From an uncultured Bacillota bacterium (GTDB taxonomy: Bacteria; Bacillota_I; Bacilli_A; RF39; UBA660), in assembly GCA_946540075.1 (NCBI GenBank), contig CAMNHZ010000003.1:1-33321 (forward strand): a DNA stretch of 33,321 nucleotides, in the 5' to 3' direction. This document shows positions 1-9,855 of this stretch, in pieces. The translations under genes and the position numbers were made by a program. Within the stretch, counting starts at the first letter, position 1. Each line of letters begins with the position of its first letter. Below the pieces are notes generated by a model, which made no database searches, was not told the DNA's origin, and was given only the letters and a program-made list of their open reading frames with translations.

Positions 1-22
1 AATAATATAAATAGGTGAAAAA

Positions 23-529
23 ATGTACTATTTAAATATGTTTATAATTTATTCAATATTTGGTTATTTTTTTGAAACTTTGATTTCTGCTTTAACAGGA
101 AGTGGTTTTAAAAGTGGTATAATGGTAGGACCTTGGACACCAATATATGGTCTAGGAGTAATTATTATAGTGTTATTATCAAGTTACTTGTTTATGAATT
201 TACATATGCCAAGAATATATGAAACAATTATTGCATTTTTAATTATTACCATAGTATTAACTGTGTTAGAATGGTTAGGAGGTAAGGGAATTGAATTATT
301 GTTTCATAAAGTATACTGGGATTATAGTTCACATAAATTTAATATAGGTAAGTATATATCACTATCTGTTAGTTTGACGTGGGGGATTGGCTCTATAATA
401 CTTATATATATAATTCATCCTATATTAAAAAATTTAATAATGAAAATACCTTTTGTTGTCACTTTAATTCTATCTGTTTTATTTGTTGTTGATTTTATTT
501 ACACAATTTTAAATAATACAAAGATATAG
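23..529 (+). CDS. Putative ABC-transporter-type membrane protein (DUF1113 / ABC_trans_CmpB-like)
   Basis: Multi-TM protein with the family motifs YSxxGxxxE, GPWTPIYGLG, YWDYS and FNxGxYI...WG; RBS AGGTGA upstream. Confidence 0.75.
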   Translation: MYYLNMFIIYSIFGYFFETLISALTGSGFKSGIMVGPWTPIYGLGVIIIVLLSSYLFMNLHMPRIYETIIAFLIITIVLTVLEWLGGKGIELLFHKVYWDYSSHKFNIGKYISLSVSLTWGIGSIILIYIIHPILKNLIMKIPFVVTLILSVLFVVDFIYTILNNTKI

Positions 530-550
530 TGTCTAAAAAGGTAACATATT

Positions 551-577
551 AGCAAGTTAATACAATCTTGCTTTTTT
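551..577 (+). terminator. Probable intrinsic terminator
   Basis: AGCAAG(551-556)...CTTGCT(567-572) followed by a T-tract. Confidence 0.5.
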
Positions 578-588
578 AAAGTATATTT

Positions 589-629
589 TTAGCACTCACT
601 ATTGACAAGTGCTAAAAAATGTGTATAAT
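589..629 (+). promoter_or_regulatory. CIRCE (HrcA operator) overlapping the sigma-A promoter of clpB
   Basis: TTAGCACTC-N9-AAGTGCTAA at 589-615, one mismatch to TTAGCACTC-N9-GAGTGCTAA; TTGACA 602-607 and TATAAT 624-629. Confidence 0.9.
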
Positions 630-654
630 GAATAATGGATAGGGGGATGATAAT

Positions 655-2775
655 ATGTTTAATCAAAATCAACCAGAAGAAAATGTTTTAGAAAAATATG
701 GTCGTAACATAATTGAAGCTGCAAAAAATGGTAAGATAGATCCTGTTATTGGCCGTGATGATGAAATAAGAAGTATAACTAGAGTGTTATCAAGAAAGAC
801 TAAAAATAATCCGGTTTTAATAGGTGAACCAGGTGTAGGTAAAACTGCAATTGTTGAAGGACTAGCTTTACGAATAGTAAAAGGTGATGTTCCTGTAAGT
901 TTAAAAGATAAAACAATATGGGAATTGGATATGGCATCGTTAATTGCTGGTGCGAAATATCGCGGTGAATTTGAGGAAAGACTAAAAAATGTATTAAAAG
1001 AAATAAAGAATAGTAATGGTGAAATCATTATGTTTATTGATGAAATTCACACAATTGTTGGTAGTGGTAATATGGAAGGAGCTATGGATACTTCTAATAT
1101 TTTAAAGCCTATGCTTGCCAGAGGAGAAATACATGTTATAGGAGCAACTACCTTAAATGAATATCGAAAATATATCGAAAAAGATGGAGCGCTTGAAAGA
1201 AGATTCCAAAAAATAAAGGTAAATGAGCCAACCGTAGAAGATACAATCACAATACTTAGAGGTTTAAAGGAAAGATTTGAAATTCATCATGGTGTATCAA
1301 TTCAAGATAAAGCCTTAATTGCAGCAGCTACTTTATCTAATCGATATATAACTGATCGTTTTTTACCTGATAAAGCAATTGATTTAGTAGACGAAGCATG
1401 TGCTACTATTAGAGTCCAAATGGATTCTGTTCCAACTGAGTTAGATAATTTAAGAAGAGAAATAATGCGTCTTCAAATAGAAAAACAAGCAATAAAAAAA
1501 GAAAAGGATGATTTAAGTAAAAAACGTCGTGAATCAATTGAAGAGTCTTTAGAAAATTTAAAGAAAAGTGAACAAGAACTTACTGATGCATGGAATAAGG
1601 AGAAAGATATCAATAAAGATATAAAGAAAAAGAAGTCTGAACTAGAAGATGCACGTTTTAAATTGTCCCAAGCTGAATCAAGTTATGATCTTGAAAAAGC
1701 AGCAGTCCTAAGACATGGAACCATTCCAAAATTAGAAAAAGAGTTAGAACAATTTAATTCTTTAGATAAAAATAAAATATTGAGTGATACTGTAACAGAT
1801 GATTCTATTGCTAGTATTATTGCTAAATGGACAAACATACCAGTTGCTAAATTAATTAGTAGCGAGAAAGAAAAATTATTATCACTAGAAGATAATATGA
1901 AAAAACGTGTTATGGGGCAAGATGAAGCTATAAAACTAGTAAGTGATGCTATCATAAAATCTAGAAGTGGTATAAAAGATCCTAATAGACCAATTGGTTC
2001 ATTCATATTTTTAGGCCCAACAGGTGTTGGTAAGACAGAAGTAGCTCGAACACTTGCTTATGAACTTTTTGATGATGAAAGACATATGGTTAGAATCGAT
2101 ATGAGTGAATACATGGAAAAATTCTCAGTTTCTAGATTAATAGGTTCTCCTCCTGGTTATGTAGGATATGAAGAAGGAGGTCAATTGACTGAGGCAGTAA
2201 GAAGAAATCCTTATAGTATAGTGTTGTTTGATGAAATAGAAAAAGCACATCCAGAAGTACTTAATTTATTGCTTCAGATATTAGATGATGGCCGTGTAAC
2301 AGATTCAAACGGAAGAACTGTAGATTTTAAGAATACTATAATTATAATGACATCCAATTTAGGAAGTGAATATATACTTGATGGTAATAATGATAGAGTT
2401 TTACCAGAATTAAGAAAACATTTTAGACCAGAGTTTATTAATCGTATTGATGAAGTTGTTATATTTAATCAATTAAACAAGGAATCTATTTATAAAATAT
2501 TAGATAAAATTATTTCTGAAATAGAAATTCGTTTAAAAAATGATAATATTCATATTAGATTAACTGATAAAGCTAAAGATAGATTAGTAGAACAAGGATA
2601 TGAACCAGCTTATGGTGCACGACCACTTAAAAGATTAGTTAGTAGAACAATTGAAACACAATTAGCTAAAGAGATAATAAGCGGTAATATTAAATATGGT
2701 TCAGATGTGATAATTGATTATGATAATAACGATTATAATATAGATATTCAAAATAAAAATGAAAAAGAAAATTAA
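655..2775 (+). CDS. clpB: ClpB disaggregase, short form lacking the N-terminal domain
   Basis: Two AAA+ modules ([16 protein letters not shown]), [23 protein letters not shown], long coiled-coil M domain; NBD1 starts about 10 aa from the N-terminus. Confidence 0.92.
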   Translation: MFNQNQPEENVLEKYGRNIIEAAKNGKIDPVIGRDDEIRSITRVLSRKTKNNPVLIGEPGVGKTAIVEGLALRIVKGDVPVSLKDKTIWELDMASLIAGAKYRGEFEERLKNVLKEIKNSNGEIIMFIDEIHTIVGSGNMEGAMDTSNILKPMLARGEIHVIGATTLNEYRKYIEKDGALERRFQKIKVNEPTVEDTITILRGLKERFEIHHGVSIQDKALIAAATLSNRYITDRFLPDKAIDLVDEACATIRVQMDSVPTELDNLRREIMRLQIEKQAIKKEKDDLSKKRRESIEESLENLKKSEQELTDAWNKEKDINKDIKKKKSELEDARFKLSQAESSYDLEKAAVLRHGTIPKLEKELEQFNSLDKNKILSDTVTDDSIASIIAKWTNIPVAKLISSEKEKLLSLEDNMKKRVMGQDEAIKLVSDAIIKSRSGIKDPNRPIGSFIFLGPTGVGKTEVARTLAYELFDDERHMVRIDMSEYMEKFSVSRLIGSPPGYVGYEEGGQLTEAVRRNPYSIVLFDEIEKAHPEVLNLLLQILDDGRVTDSNGRTVDFKNTIIIMTSNLGSEYILDGNNDRVLPELRKHFRPEFINRIDEVVIFNQLNKESIYKILDKIISEIEIRLKNDNIHIRLTDKAKDRLVEQGYEPAYGARPLKRLVSRTIETQLAKEIISGNIKYGSDVIIDYDNNDYNIDIQNKNEKEN

Positions 2776-2832
2776 TAGTTAAAAATTAAAGATTTTAGAA
2801 TATAATAGTATTATGATTGTTTGGGTGATAAA

Positions 2833-3738
2833 ATGTTTGGTATAAAAAGAATAATAAATTTTATAAAAAGGAATATTAATAAGAAAACATATGTAGAAAT
2901 TGCACTTAATAATACTAGTGAAAATATCATTACTAAGAGGTATCCTTTATTTACTAAAATATTAACTAACAAATATATTCCTATACCTAATTTGGATACT
3001 AATTTTATTCCGCAAGGAATATGTCAGGCTGATGATTATTATGTCATAACTGCCTATGATAAAATGGGTTTAAATAATAGCAAGATATATCTGATTGATA
3101 AGAATGGAGTTTTAGAAAGAACTATTGAAATGGATTCTAAGTACCATGTAGGTGGCGTATCATTCTATAAAAAAACACAAATGATATATGTTTCAGCTAG
3201 TAAAAATGTCCACGCTTATAAACTAGGTGATCTTCTTCGAGGAAAAGTTGTTCCAATAGTAATTAATATAAATACAGGAGTAAAAGGTCATTACACATCT
3301 TATCTAAATATAACTAATAATTATATATATGTAGGAGAGTTTGGAACAAAAGGTAATAGTTTTGTTCTTAGAAGATACCAGCTAAATAGTGAAGGACTAG
3401 TAGATAATAGTTTATTTAAGGAATATAGTGTTCCATATTTATATACTCAAGGAATGACAGTGTTCGAATATAAAAATGAGGTTTATTATATATTTAGTTG
3501 TTCATATAGAAATATAGATTCAAGTTTATATATATCAAAACAGGATGGGAATACTTTCAAAACAATCAAATGTATAAAAATACCGCCAATGTCTGAAGGT
3601 GTTTCCATAACCAATAATAAAAAACTGCTCATTATTTTTGAGTCAGGATCAAGTTATTTTAAGAAAGTAAATATAAAATGTAAAAGCGCAATGATATTAG
3701 ATATAAAGAAAATAATTGATGATATCAGTATAATATAA
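2833..3738 (+). CDS. Hypothetical protein, probable beta-propeller
   Basis: Recurrent blade-like motifs PQGIC, HVGGVS, TQGMT, MSEGVS; ATG at 2833 after GGGTGA preferred over the track TTG at 2821. Confidence 0.55.
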   Translation: MFGIKRIINFIKRNINKKTYVEIALNNTSENIITKRYPLFTKILTNKYIPIPNLDTNFIPQGICQADDYYVITAYDKMGLNNSKIYLIDKNGVLERTIEMDSKYHVGGVSFYKKTQMIYVSASKNVHAYKLGDLLRGKVVPIVININTGVKGHYTSYLNITNNYIYVGEFGTKGNSFVLRRYQLNSEGLVDNSLFKEYSVPYLYTQGMTVFEYKNEVYYIFSCSYRNIDSSLYISKQDGNTFKTIKCIKIPPMSEGVSITNNKKLLIIFESGSSYFKKVNIKCKSAMILDIKKIIDDISII

Positions 3739-3763
3739 ATCTGTCATAGTTTATGACAGATTT
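3737..3763. terminator. Bidirectional terminator between convergent genes
   Basis: AAATCTGTCATA-GTT-TATGACAGATTT, perfect 12-bp stem. Confidence 0.8.
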
Positions 3764-4378
3764 TTAATTATGTAACATTTTTCTGATAGTACTATATAAA
3801 TAAGGTTTATATTCATTAATAGATAATGGAATATTCTTCGTAATAGCAGTAAAGCAAGTAGATGAAACTAATTCAATTATCATAAATAGTGTAACATCAG
3901 GATTTTCAAGTTCAATATTCTTTTCCTTAACGCCATTTATAAATACATCATATAATCCAATTTCATTATTATCCATTAATCTAGCTAATTTATCATTATA
4001 GACTCCAAGAGATAGATCTTTTGATATAAAGTTTATCAATGTATTATCTTTGACTAATTCATCGATAACATAATTAATTACATATATAATCTCATCATCA
4101 AAGTTTTCAATATAATTATTTTCAAGATTCTTTAAAGCTTCATTGAACAATTGACAAGATTTTTGGATGATTAGTTTTTCTTCAATATCATATTTATCTT
4201 TAAAATATAAATAAAAAGTTCCTTTAGCTACTTCTGCACTATCAACAATATCTTGAATAGATGTATTTTTGATTCCTTTTGTTGTGAATAGTTTATAAGC
4301 TGAAGAAAGTAATTTTTGCTTCTTTTCTTCTTTTTTTAATTTAATTTTACTTTTTATTTTTTTTTCTAAATCACGCAT
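3764..4378 (-). CDS. TetR/AcrR family transcriptional regulator
   Basis: N-terminal HTH AYKLFTTKGIKNTSIQDIVDSAEVAKGTFYLYFKDK; divergent from the MMPL operon. Confidence 0.92.
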   Translation of the reverse strand: MRDLEKKIKSKIKLKKEEKKQKLLSSAYKLFTTKGIKNTSIQDIVDSAEVAKGTFYLYFKDKYDIEEKLIIQKSCQLFNEALKNLENNYIENFDDEIIYVINYVIDELVKDNTLINFISKDLSLGVYNDKLARLMDNNEIGLYDVFINGVKEKNIELENPDVTLFMIIELVSSTCFTAITKNIPLSINEYKPYLYSTIRKMLHN

Positions 4379-4401
4379 ATTTATCCCTCACATACAATAT
4401 A

Positions 4402-4507
4402 ATTGTAACATAAAAAAACTATTAGTCAATTTTTATTCTATAAAAAACATGATAATTTTACAAAAAACAAATATAATATTGACTGTTGGTCATTTTTGTG
4501 ATATATT
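4402..4507. promoter_or_regulatory. Divergent promoters with candidate TetR operators TGACT-N3-RGTCA
   Basis: Plus strand: TTGACT 4479-4484 with TGnTATATT 4499-4507, and palindrome TGACTGTTGGTCA 4480-4492. Minus strand: TTGACT...TGnTACAAT with TGACTAATAGTTT at 4416-4428. Confidence 0.55.
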
Positions 4508-4534
4508 ATAGCTGTTGTTAATTTGGAGGGAAAT

Positions 4535-6610
4535 ATGAAAAAAATAGGTGATTTTGTATGTAATCATAAATGGATGATTATTATATTAACTTTAATTTTA
4601 ATTGTTCCATCTTTAATTGGAATGTATTTAACAAAAGTAAACTATGATATTTTAGTTTATTTGCCAAAAGATATAGATACATTAAAAGGTGAAAAGATTT
4701 TAACTGATGATTTTAAGATGGGCTCTTTTTCGATAATTGTAGTCGATGATATGTCAAACAATAATATTTTAAAATTAGAAGACAAAATAAAGAAAGTTGA
4801 AGGAGTTAATAAGGTAGTAAGTATAGCTGATATAACCGGAACGACAATTCCGATGGAAATATTACCAAAAAAAATAGTAGATAAAGTGTCTAAAGGAAAT
4901 TCTAAATTAATACTTACTACTTTTAAAACGTCTACTAGTGATGATAAAACATTAGAAGCTGTTGAAAAAATCAGGAAAATAACAAAGAATAATTCTAAGG
5001 TTGGTGGAATGAGTGCAATGGTTCTTGATACTAAGGAATTATTTAATAGTGAAATGACATTATATGTAATTGTTGCGGTTGTTTTATGTATAATAGTACT
5101 AATGTTTTCACTAGATTCATATTTAGTACCATTTTTATTAATTGCTAATATTGGTGTTGCTATATTATTTAATATGGGTACTAATATATTACTTGGAGAT
5201 ATATGTTATATAACTAAAGCAATAAGTTCGGTATTACAATTAGGAGTTACTACTGATTTCTCTATATTTTTATATCATAAATATGAGGCAGCAAAAAAGA
5301 AAAATAAAGATAAAAATAAAGCTATGAGTGAAGCTATTTATGACACTTTAATTTCTGTGTTTGGTAGTTCACTTACGACTATTGCTGGATTTTTAGCTTT
5401 ATGTACTATGAATTTAACATTAGGAAAAGATATAGGAATTGTCATGGCAAAAGGAGTACTTTTTGGATTGATATGTGTTATTTTACTATTTCCAAGTTTA
5501 CTTCTTGTATGTGATAAATGGATTGATAAAACAAAACATAAAGTTATAATTCCTAAGTTTACATCAATTAAGAATTTTGTTTTAAATCATTACATAATAG
5601 TATTTATGGTTTTTATAATTATGCTAGTACCAGTTTATATGTTGCAGAAAAAAACAACGGTTTATTATAATTTGGATAAATCTATTCCTAGTAATTATGG
5701 GTATAGTATAGCTAAGAAAACACTTAAGAAAGATTATAATATTGTATCCCAAGAAATAGTTTTAATTAGTAATGATACAAAAGATTATAAAATTAATGAA
5801 ATGGTAGACAAAATAAAAGATATAAAAGGTATAGATTCAGTATTAAATCCAGCATCTTTAAGTTCTTATGGATTAAATGAAGATATAATTAGTAGTGACA
5901 TAAGAAAAATGTATAAAACAGATAAATATAAGATGATTTTAATAAACTCAAAATATGATATTGCAACAAATGAGTTAAATGATCAAATAACAAAGGTAAA
6001 TAAAATAGTCTTAAAATATGATAAACATGCTATAGTAGCAGGTGAAGGTCCTTTAATGAAAGATTTAGTCACTATAACAGATCAAGATTTTCATAATGTT
6101 AACTATACATCAATTGCTATTATATTTATAATTATGTTATTAGTATTAAAATCAATTTCTCTTCCAATACTTTTAGTTTCTACTATTGAATTTGCTATAT
6201 TTATGAATATGGGAATACCATATTTAACACACACTCAATTACCTTTTATAGCATCAGTAGTTATAGGGACAATTCAATTAGGTGCGACAATTGACTACGC
6301 GATTTTAATGACAACAAAATATTTAGAGAAGAGAAAACAAGGTACGTCAAGAAAAGAATCAGTTAAAATCGCACTTGATAGTTCAATTAGTTCAATTTTT
6401 GTAAGTGGTATGTGTTTCTTCGCTGCTACCATTGGTGTAGGTATAGTATCTAAGATAGATATGATAGGATCTTTATGTACATTAATTGCTAGAGGAGCTA
6501 TTATTAGTATGGTCGTAGTAATACTAGTTTTACCATCTGTATTATTAGTATTTGATAAATTGATATGTAAGACAAGTTTAGGATTTGGAGGAATGAAAAA
6601 TGAAAAATAG
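4535..6610 (+). CDS. MMPL / RND-superfamily transporter
   Basis: Two repeats with QLGVTTDFSIFL and QLGATIDYAIL motifs, about 12 TM segments; ATG 4535 after GGAGGG (track start 4523). Confidence 0.88.
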   Translation: MKKIGDFVCNHKWMIIILTLILIVPSLIGMYLTKVNYDILVYLPKDIDTLKGEKILTDDFKMGSFSIIVVDDMSNNNILKLEDKIKKVEGVNKVVSIADITGTTIPMEILPKKIVDKVSKGNSKLILTTFKTSTSDDKTLEAVEKIRKITKNNSKVGGMSAMVLDTKELFNSEMTLYVIVAVVLCIIVLMFSLDSYLVPFLLIANIGVAILFNMGTNILLGDICYITKAISSVLQLGVTTDFSIFLYHKYEAAKKKNKDKNKAMSEAIYDTLISVFGSSLTTIAGFLALCTMNLTLGKDIGIVMAKGVLFGLICVILLFPSLLLVCDKWIDKTKHKVIIPKFTSIKNFVLNHYIIVFMVFIIMLVPVYMLQKKTTVYYNLDKSIPSNYGYSIAKKTLKKDYNIVSQEIVLISNDTKDYKINEMVDKIKDIKGIDSVLNPASLSSYGLNEDIISSDIRKMYKTDKYKMILINSKYDIATNELNDQITKVNKIVLKYDKHAIVAGEGPLMKDLVTITDQDFHNVNYTSIAIIFIIMLLVLKSISLPILLVSTIEFAIFMNMGIPYLTHTQLPFIASVVIGTIQLGATIDYAILMTTKYLEKRKQGTSRKESVKIALDSSISSIFVSGMCFFAATIGVGIVSKIDMIGSLCTLIARGAIISMVVVILVLPSVLLVFDKLICKTSLGFGGMKNEK

Positions 6611-8318
6611 TATTAAAAAATTTGCATATACAACTTTAGTTTGCTCATTATTTATAATGCCAAATGCACAAGCACTTACTAAAGATGAGACAGTATATGT
6701 TAAATTAAAGAGTAATGGTAGTGTTAAAAAAACTATAGTTAATGAACATCTAAGAGATTTAGATGGTAAGAATAGTGATATATCAAATTTAAAAGATATA
6801 TTAAATGTAAATGGTGACGAAAAAATAAATCATGTAGATGGTAAATTAACATGGGAAACAACAAAAAATGAGTTATATTATCAAGGTACAACTGATAAAG
6901 AATTACCAGTAAAAACTCATGTTACTTATAAATTAGATGGAAAACAAAAGAAATTAAGTAAGATAATCGGAAAAAAAGGTAAAATTGAAATAAGTGTTGA
7001 TTATAAAAATGATTCATGTCAAGTAATTGATAATAATAAGGTATGTACTCCATTTGTTTTAACTCTTGGAACTATAATTTCTAATAAGTATAATCATAAT
7101 ATTGAAGTTACAAATGGAAAAGTTGTTAGTAATGGTGCAAGTAGTACTGTAGTAGCTATAGCTGCACCAGGACTTGATGATAGTTTAAATATGGATAGTT
7201 TATCTAATTTAAATAATATTACTATATCTTTTGATACTGATAAATTTGAATTAAATCCTATATATACAGTAATGACATCAAAATTAATTGATAATGATGA
7301 TTTAAAAGTTTTTGATAAACTTGATAGTATATATGGTTCAGTTGATCAATTATCTTCATCTTCAAAAAAAATAGTAGCAGGTAGTAGACAATTATTAGAT
7401 GGTTCAACAAATTTAAAAGATGGAGCATCTAAATTAAATGATGGTGTTTCATCGTTATCTAATGGTAGTAATAAAATAGTATCAAAAGTAAATGGTGCGA
7501 TTAACACATTAAAGAATGATAATTCAGAAGCGATTGATAGTGCAACATTAAATGCTATTAAAACTCAAGCAGAAACTACTGCTACATTAACAGAAATACA
7601 AAAACAACAAATAGCAGCTCAAACTGAACAAACTATAAGAGCTAGTGAGCAATATAAAAGTTTTGAACTTAAAGTATCTGGTTATAGTAATAAGCTAGCA
7701 ACTGTCAATTCATCAATCGCACAATTAGAAACAGCTATGTCAATGATATCTGATCATGAATCAGAACAATATAAGGCACTAGAAAATCAATTAACAACAT
7801 TAAAAACAACAAAAGTGCAACTTGAGACAGGTATAGAAACATATAGTGGAATGATGAAATTAATGGTAGAAACAGCTAAAAATACAGCTATAACTGTCGC
7901 AAGTAATACATCAAAAACTGTAGCAGGAAAGACAGCTACAACAGTAGCAACTAAGGTTGCTAACAATGCCAAAGCAACTGCAACAACAAAAACTATTAAT
8001 CAATTACAACAACTAGTATCAGGTTTGAATCAACTTAATAATGGTATTACATCATTAAAAAATGGTACATCAAGTTTATATGATGGAACAAAGAAAATAG
8101 AGAGTGGTGCATCAACTTTAAATGATGGCATAGTTAAGTTTGATAAAGAAGGTATTTCTAAAGTTTCATCATTAGTAAATAATCGTATAAAACCATTACA
8201 TAATCGTGTTAAGTCTGTAATAGAATTAGGAAATAAATATGATTCATTTGCCAATAAAGATGGTAATGATGAAGGTAATACTAAGTTTATAATGGTAATA
8301 GATGCGAAGAAAAAATAA
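6600..8318 (+). CDS. Exported YhgE/Pip-like protein with X-X-X-Leu-X-X-Gly heptad repeats (MMPL partner)
   Basis: Signal-peptide-like N-terminus ending AQA, KDETVYV motif, heptads such as LLDGSTNLKDGASKLNDGVSSLSNG; overlaps the MMPL stop. Confidence 0.7.
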   Translation: MKNSIKKFAYTTLVCSLFIMPNAQALTKDETVYVKLKSNGSVKKTIVNEHLRDLDGKNSDISNLKDILNVNGDEKINHVDGKLTWETTKNELYYQGTTDKELPVKTHVTYKLDGKQKKLSKIIGKKGKIEISVDYKNDSCQVIDNNKVCTPFVLTLGTIISNKYNHNIEVTNGKVVSNGASSTVVAIAAPGLDDSLNMDSLSNLNNITISFDTDKFELNPIYTVMTSKLIDNDDLKVFDKLDSIYGSVDQLSSSSKKIVAGSRQLLDGSTNLKDGASKLNDGVSSLSNGSNKIVSKVNGAINTLKNDNSEAIDSATLNAIKTQAETTATLTEIQKQQIAAQTEQTIRASEQYKSFELKVSGYSNKLATVNSSIAQLETAMSMISDHESEQYKALENQLTTLKTTKVQLETGIETYSGMMKLMVETAKNTAITVASNTSKTVAGKTATTVATKVANNAKATATTKTINQLQQLVSGLNQLNNGITSLKNGTSSLYDGTKKIESGASTLNDGIVKFDKEGISKVSSLVNNRIKPLHNRVKSVIELGNKYDSFANKDGNDEGNTKFIMVIDAKKK

Positions 8319-8343
8319 AGATTTACAATCGTAAATCTTTTTT
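8317..8343 (+). terminator. Intrinsic terminator
   Basis: AAAGATTTAC-AATC-GTAAATCTTT followed by Ts. Confidence 0.75.
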
Positions 8344-8382
8344 AGCACTCTAACTTGACAATTGCTAAAAAAGTGCTATAAT
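8342..8382 (+). promoter_or_regulatory. CIRCE overlapping the sigma-A promoter of hsp20
   Basis: TTAGCACTC-N9-AATTGCTAA 8342-8368 (two mismatches); TTGACA 8355-8360; TGnTATAAT 8374-8382. Confidence 0.85.
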
Positions 8383-8452
8383 TATAATTGTTGGAGGAAT
8401 CCAATAGATATATCATTTAAATAGTATTTGGTCATATAAAAAGAAAGAGGGA

Positions 8453-8839
8453 ATGCATATGTTACCAAGTAGAATATTTTTTGATAGTATGTTAGATGAT
8501 TTTAAAATTGATGATAAGATGAAATGTGATATTTATGAAAAAGATAATATATATCATGTTGAAGTAGATGTTCCAGGATTTAATAAAGATGATATAAACA
8601 TTGAAATCAATAAGGGAACACTTTCCATAATTGCCGAAAAGAAAGGCGAAGAAAAAGAAGAAAATGAGAAGAAATATCTTCGTCGTGAACGTAGTTCTTA
8701 TGGAAAGTATCAAAGATCTTTCTATCTAGGAGATGTAGACGAAGAAAATGTTGAAGCTACATTTAAAAATGGTATATTAAAAATAGAAATACCAAAAAAG
8801 ACAGAAAGTGAATGTAAAAAAACAATCGAAATAAAATAG
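8453..8839 (+). CDS. Hsp20 / alpha-crystallin small heat-shock protein
   Basis: DIYE...VDVPGFNKDDINI, RRERSSYGKYQRSF, ATFKNGILKIEIPK. Confidence 0.93.
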   Translation: MHMLPSRIFFDSMLDDFKIDDKMKCDIYEKDNIYHVEVDVPGFNKDDINIEINKGTLSIIAEKKGEEKEENEKKYLRRERSSYGKYQRSFYLGDVDEENVEATFKNGILKIEIPKKTESECKKTIEIK

Positions 8840-8855
8840 TATATATTTTAGGTAC

Positions 8856-8883
8856 AAAGAAGAATATATTTTCTTCTTTTTTT
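8856..8883 (+). terminator. Probable intrinsic terminator
   Basis: AAAGAAGAA...TTCTTCTTT stem followed by a T-tract. Confidence 0.6.
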
Positions 8884-9103
8884 ATATCTTTCTATTGTTA
8901 TTATTTTAATAAAAAATTTGACAAAGATGATTATTTAAATTAAAATAAGGACGATTATAACTAATAGGATACTACTATGACATGATGTTATTGTTACTAA
9001 TATGCATCATATGAATGTTTATTCAAAAAAAGAAGTATTGGAGAAATTTTTAAATAAGTTTATGATATATAAAAATCTATAATTATGTTATTTGGAGAGT
9101 AAA

Positions 9104-9772
9104 ATGAAAAAGAAAAAATTAAAAATATTATATGAAGATAAAGATATATTAATAGTAGATAAACCAGCTAAATTATTAACTGTATCTACATCGAAAGAAA
9201 AATATAAAACATTATTTCACCAGGTTTTTGAATATGTTAAATCTAAAAATAAGCATAATAAGGTGTTTATAGTACATAGATTAGACAAAGATACTAGCGG
9301 CATAGTGGTGTTTGCTAAAAGTGAAGATATAAAGTATAAATTACAAAATAATTGGAATAATATTGTTAGGACAAGAAGATATGTCGCTATAGTAGAAGGA
9401 AAGGTAGTTAAATCAGGAAAAATTGTATCTTATTTAAAAGAAACTAAAACTCTATTAACTTATTCTACAAAGGATAAAAAGAATGGTAAGAAAGCTATCA
9501 CACTTTATAATCCTATTAAAAATTGTGGAAAGTATTCATTACTTGAAATAGATATTTTAACAGGTAGAAAGAATCAAATAAGGGTTCATATGAAAGATAT
9601 GAATCATCCGATAATAGGTGATAAGAAATATGGTGCACAAACTAATCCTATAGGTAGATTAGGATTGCACGCAACAGTATTAGAATTCTATCATCCAAGA
9701 ACAAATGAATTATTGAAAGTAACATCAAATATACCCAAAGATTTTGAAAAAATTATTGATTTACCTTTTTAA
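9104..9772 (+). CDS. RluA-family RNA pseudouridine synthase (no S4 domain)
   Basis: VDKPA, catalytic VHRLDKDTSG, TGRKNQIRVH, HPIIGDKKYG, LHA; ATG 9104 after GGAG (track start 9092). Confidence 0.9.
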   Translation: MKKKKLKILYEDKDILIVDKPAKLLTVSTSKEKYKTLFHQVFEYVKSKNKHNKVFIVHRLDKDTSGIVVFAKSEDIKYKLQNNWNNIVRTRRYVAIVEGKVVKSGKIVSYLKETKTLLTYSTKDKKNGKKAITLYNPIKNCGKYSLLEIDILTGRKNQIRVHMKDMNHPIIGDKKYGAQTNPIGRLGLHATVLEFYHPRTNELLKVTSNIPKDFEKIIDLPF

Positions 9773-9855
9773 GTAAAATAACAAAAATAACTTAAATAAT
9801 TTATTGATTATAAAAATAATTTATGTTAGTATAAAGGTATAATAGGAGTGATAAT

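Noticed and set aside
669-2006. Minus-strand ORFs at 669-1028, 1047-1250 and 1683-2006
   Set aside because: Antisense shadows of clpB with no recognisable motifs.
7787-8713. Minus-strand ORFs at 7787-7972, 8030-8254 and 8492-8713
   Set aside because: Fully inside well-supported plus-strand genes; hydrophobicity reflects A-rich sense codons.
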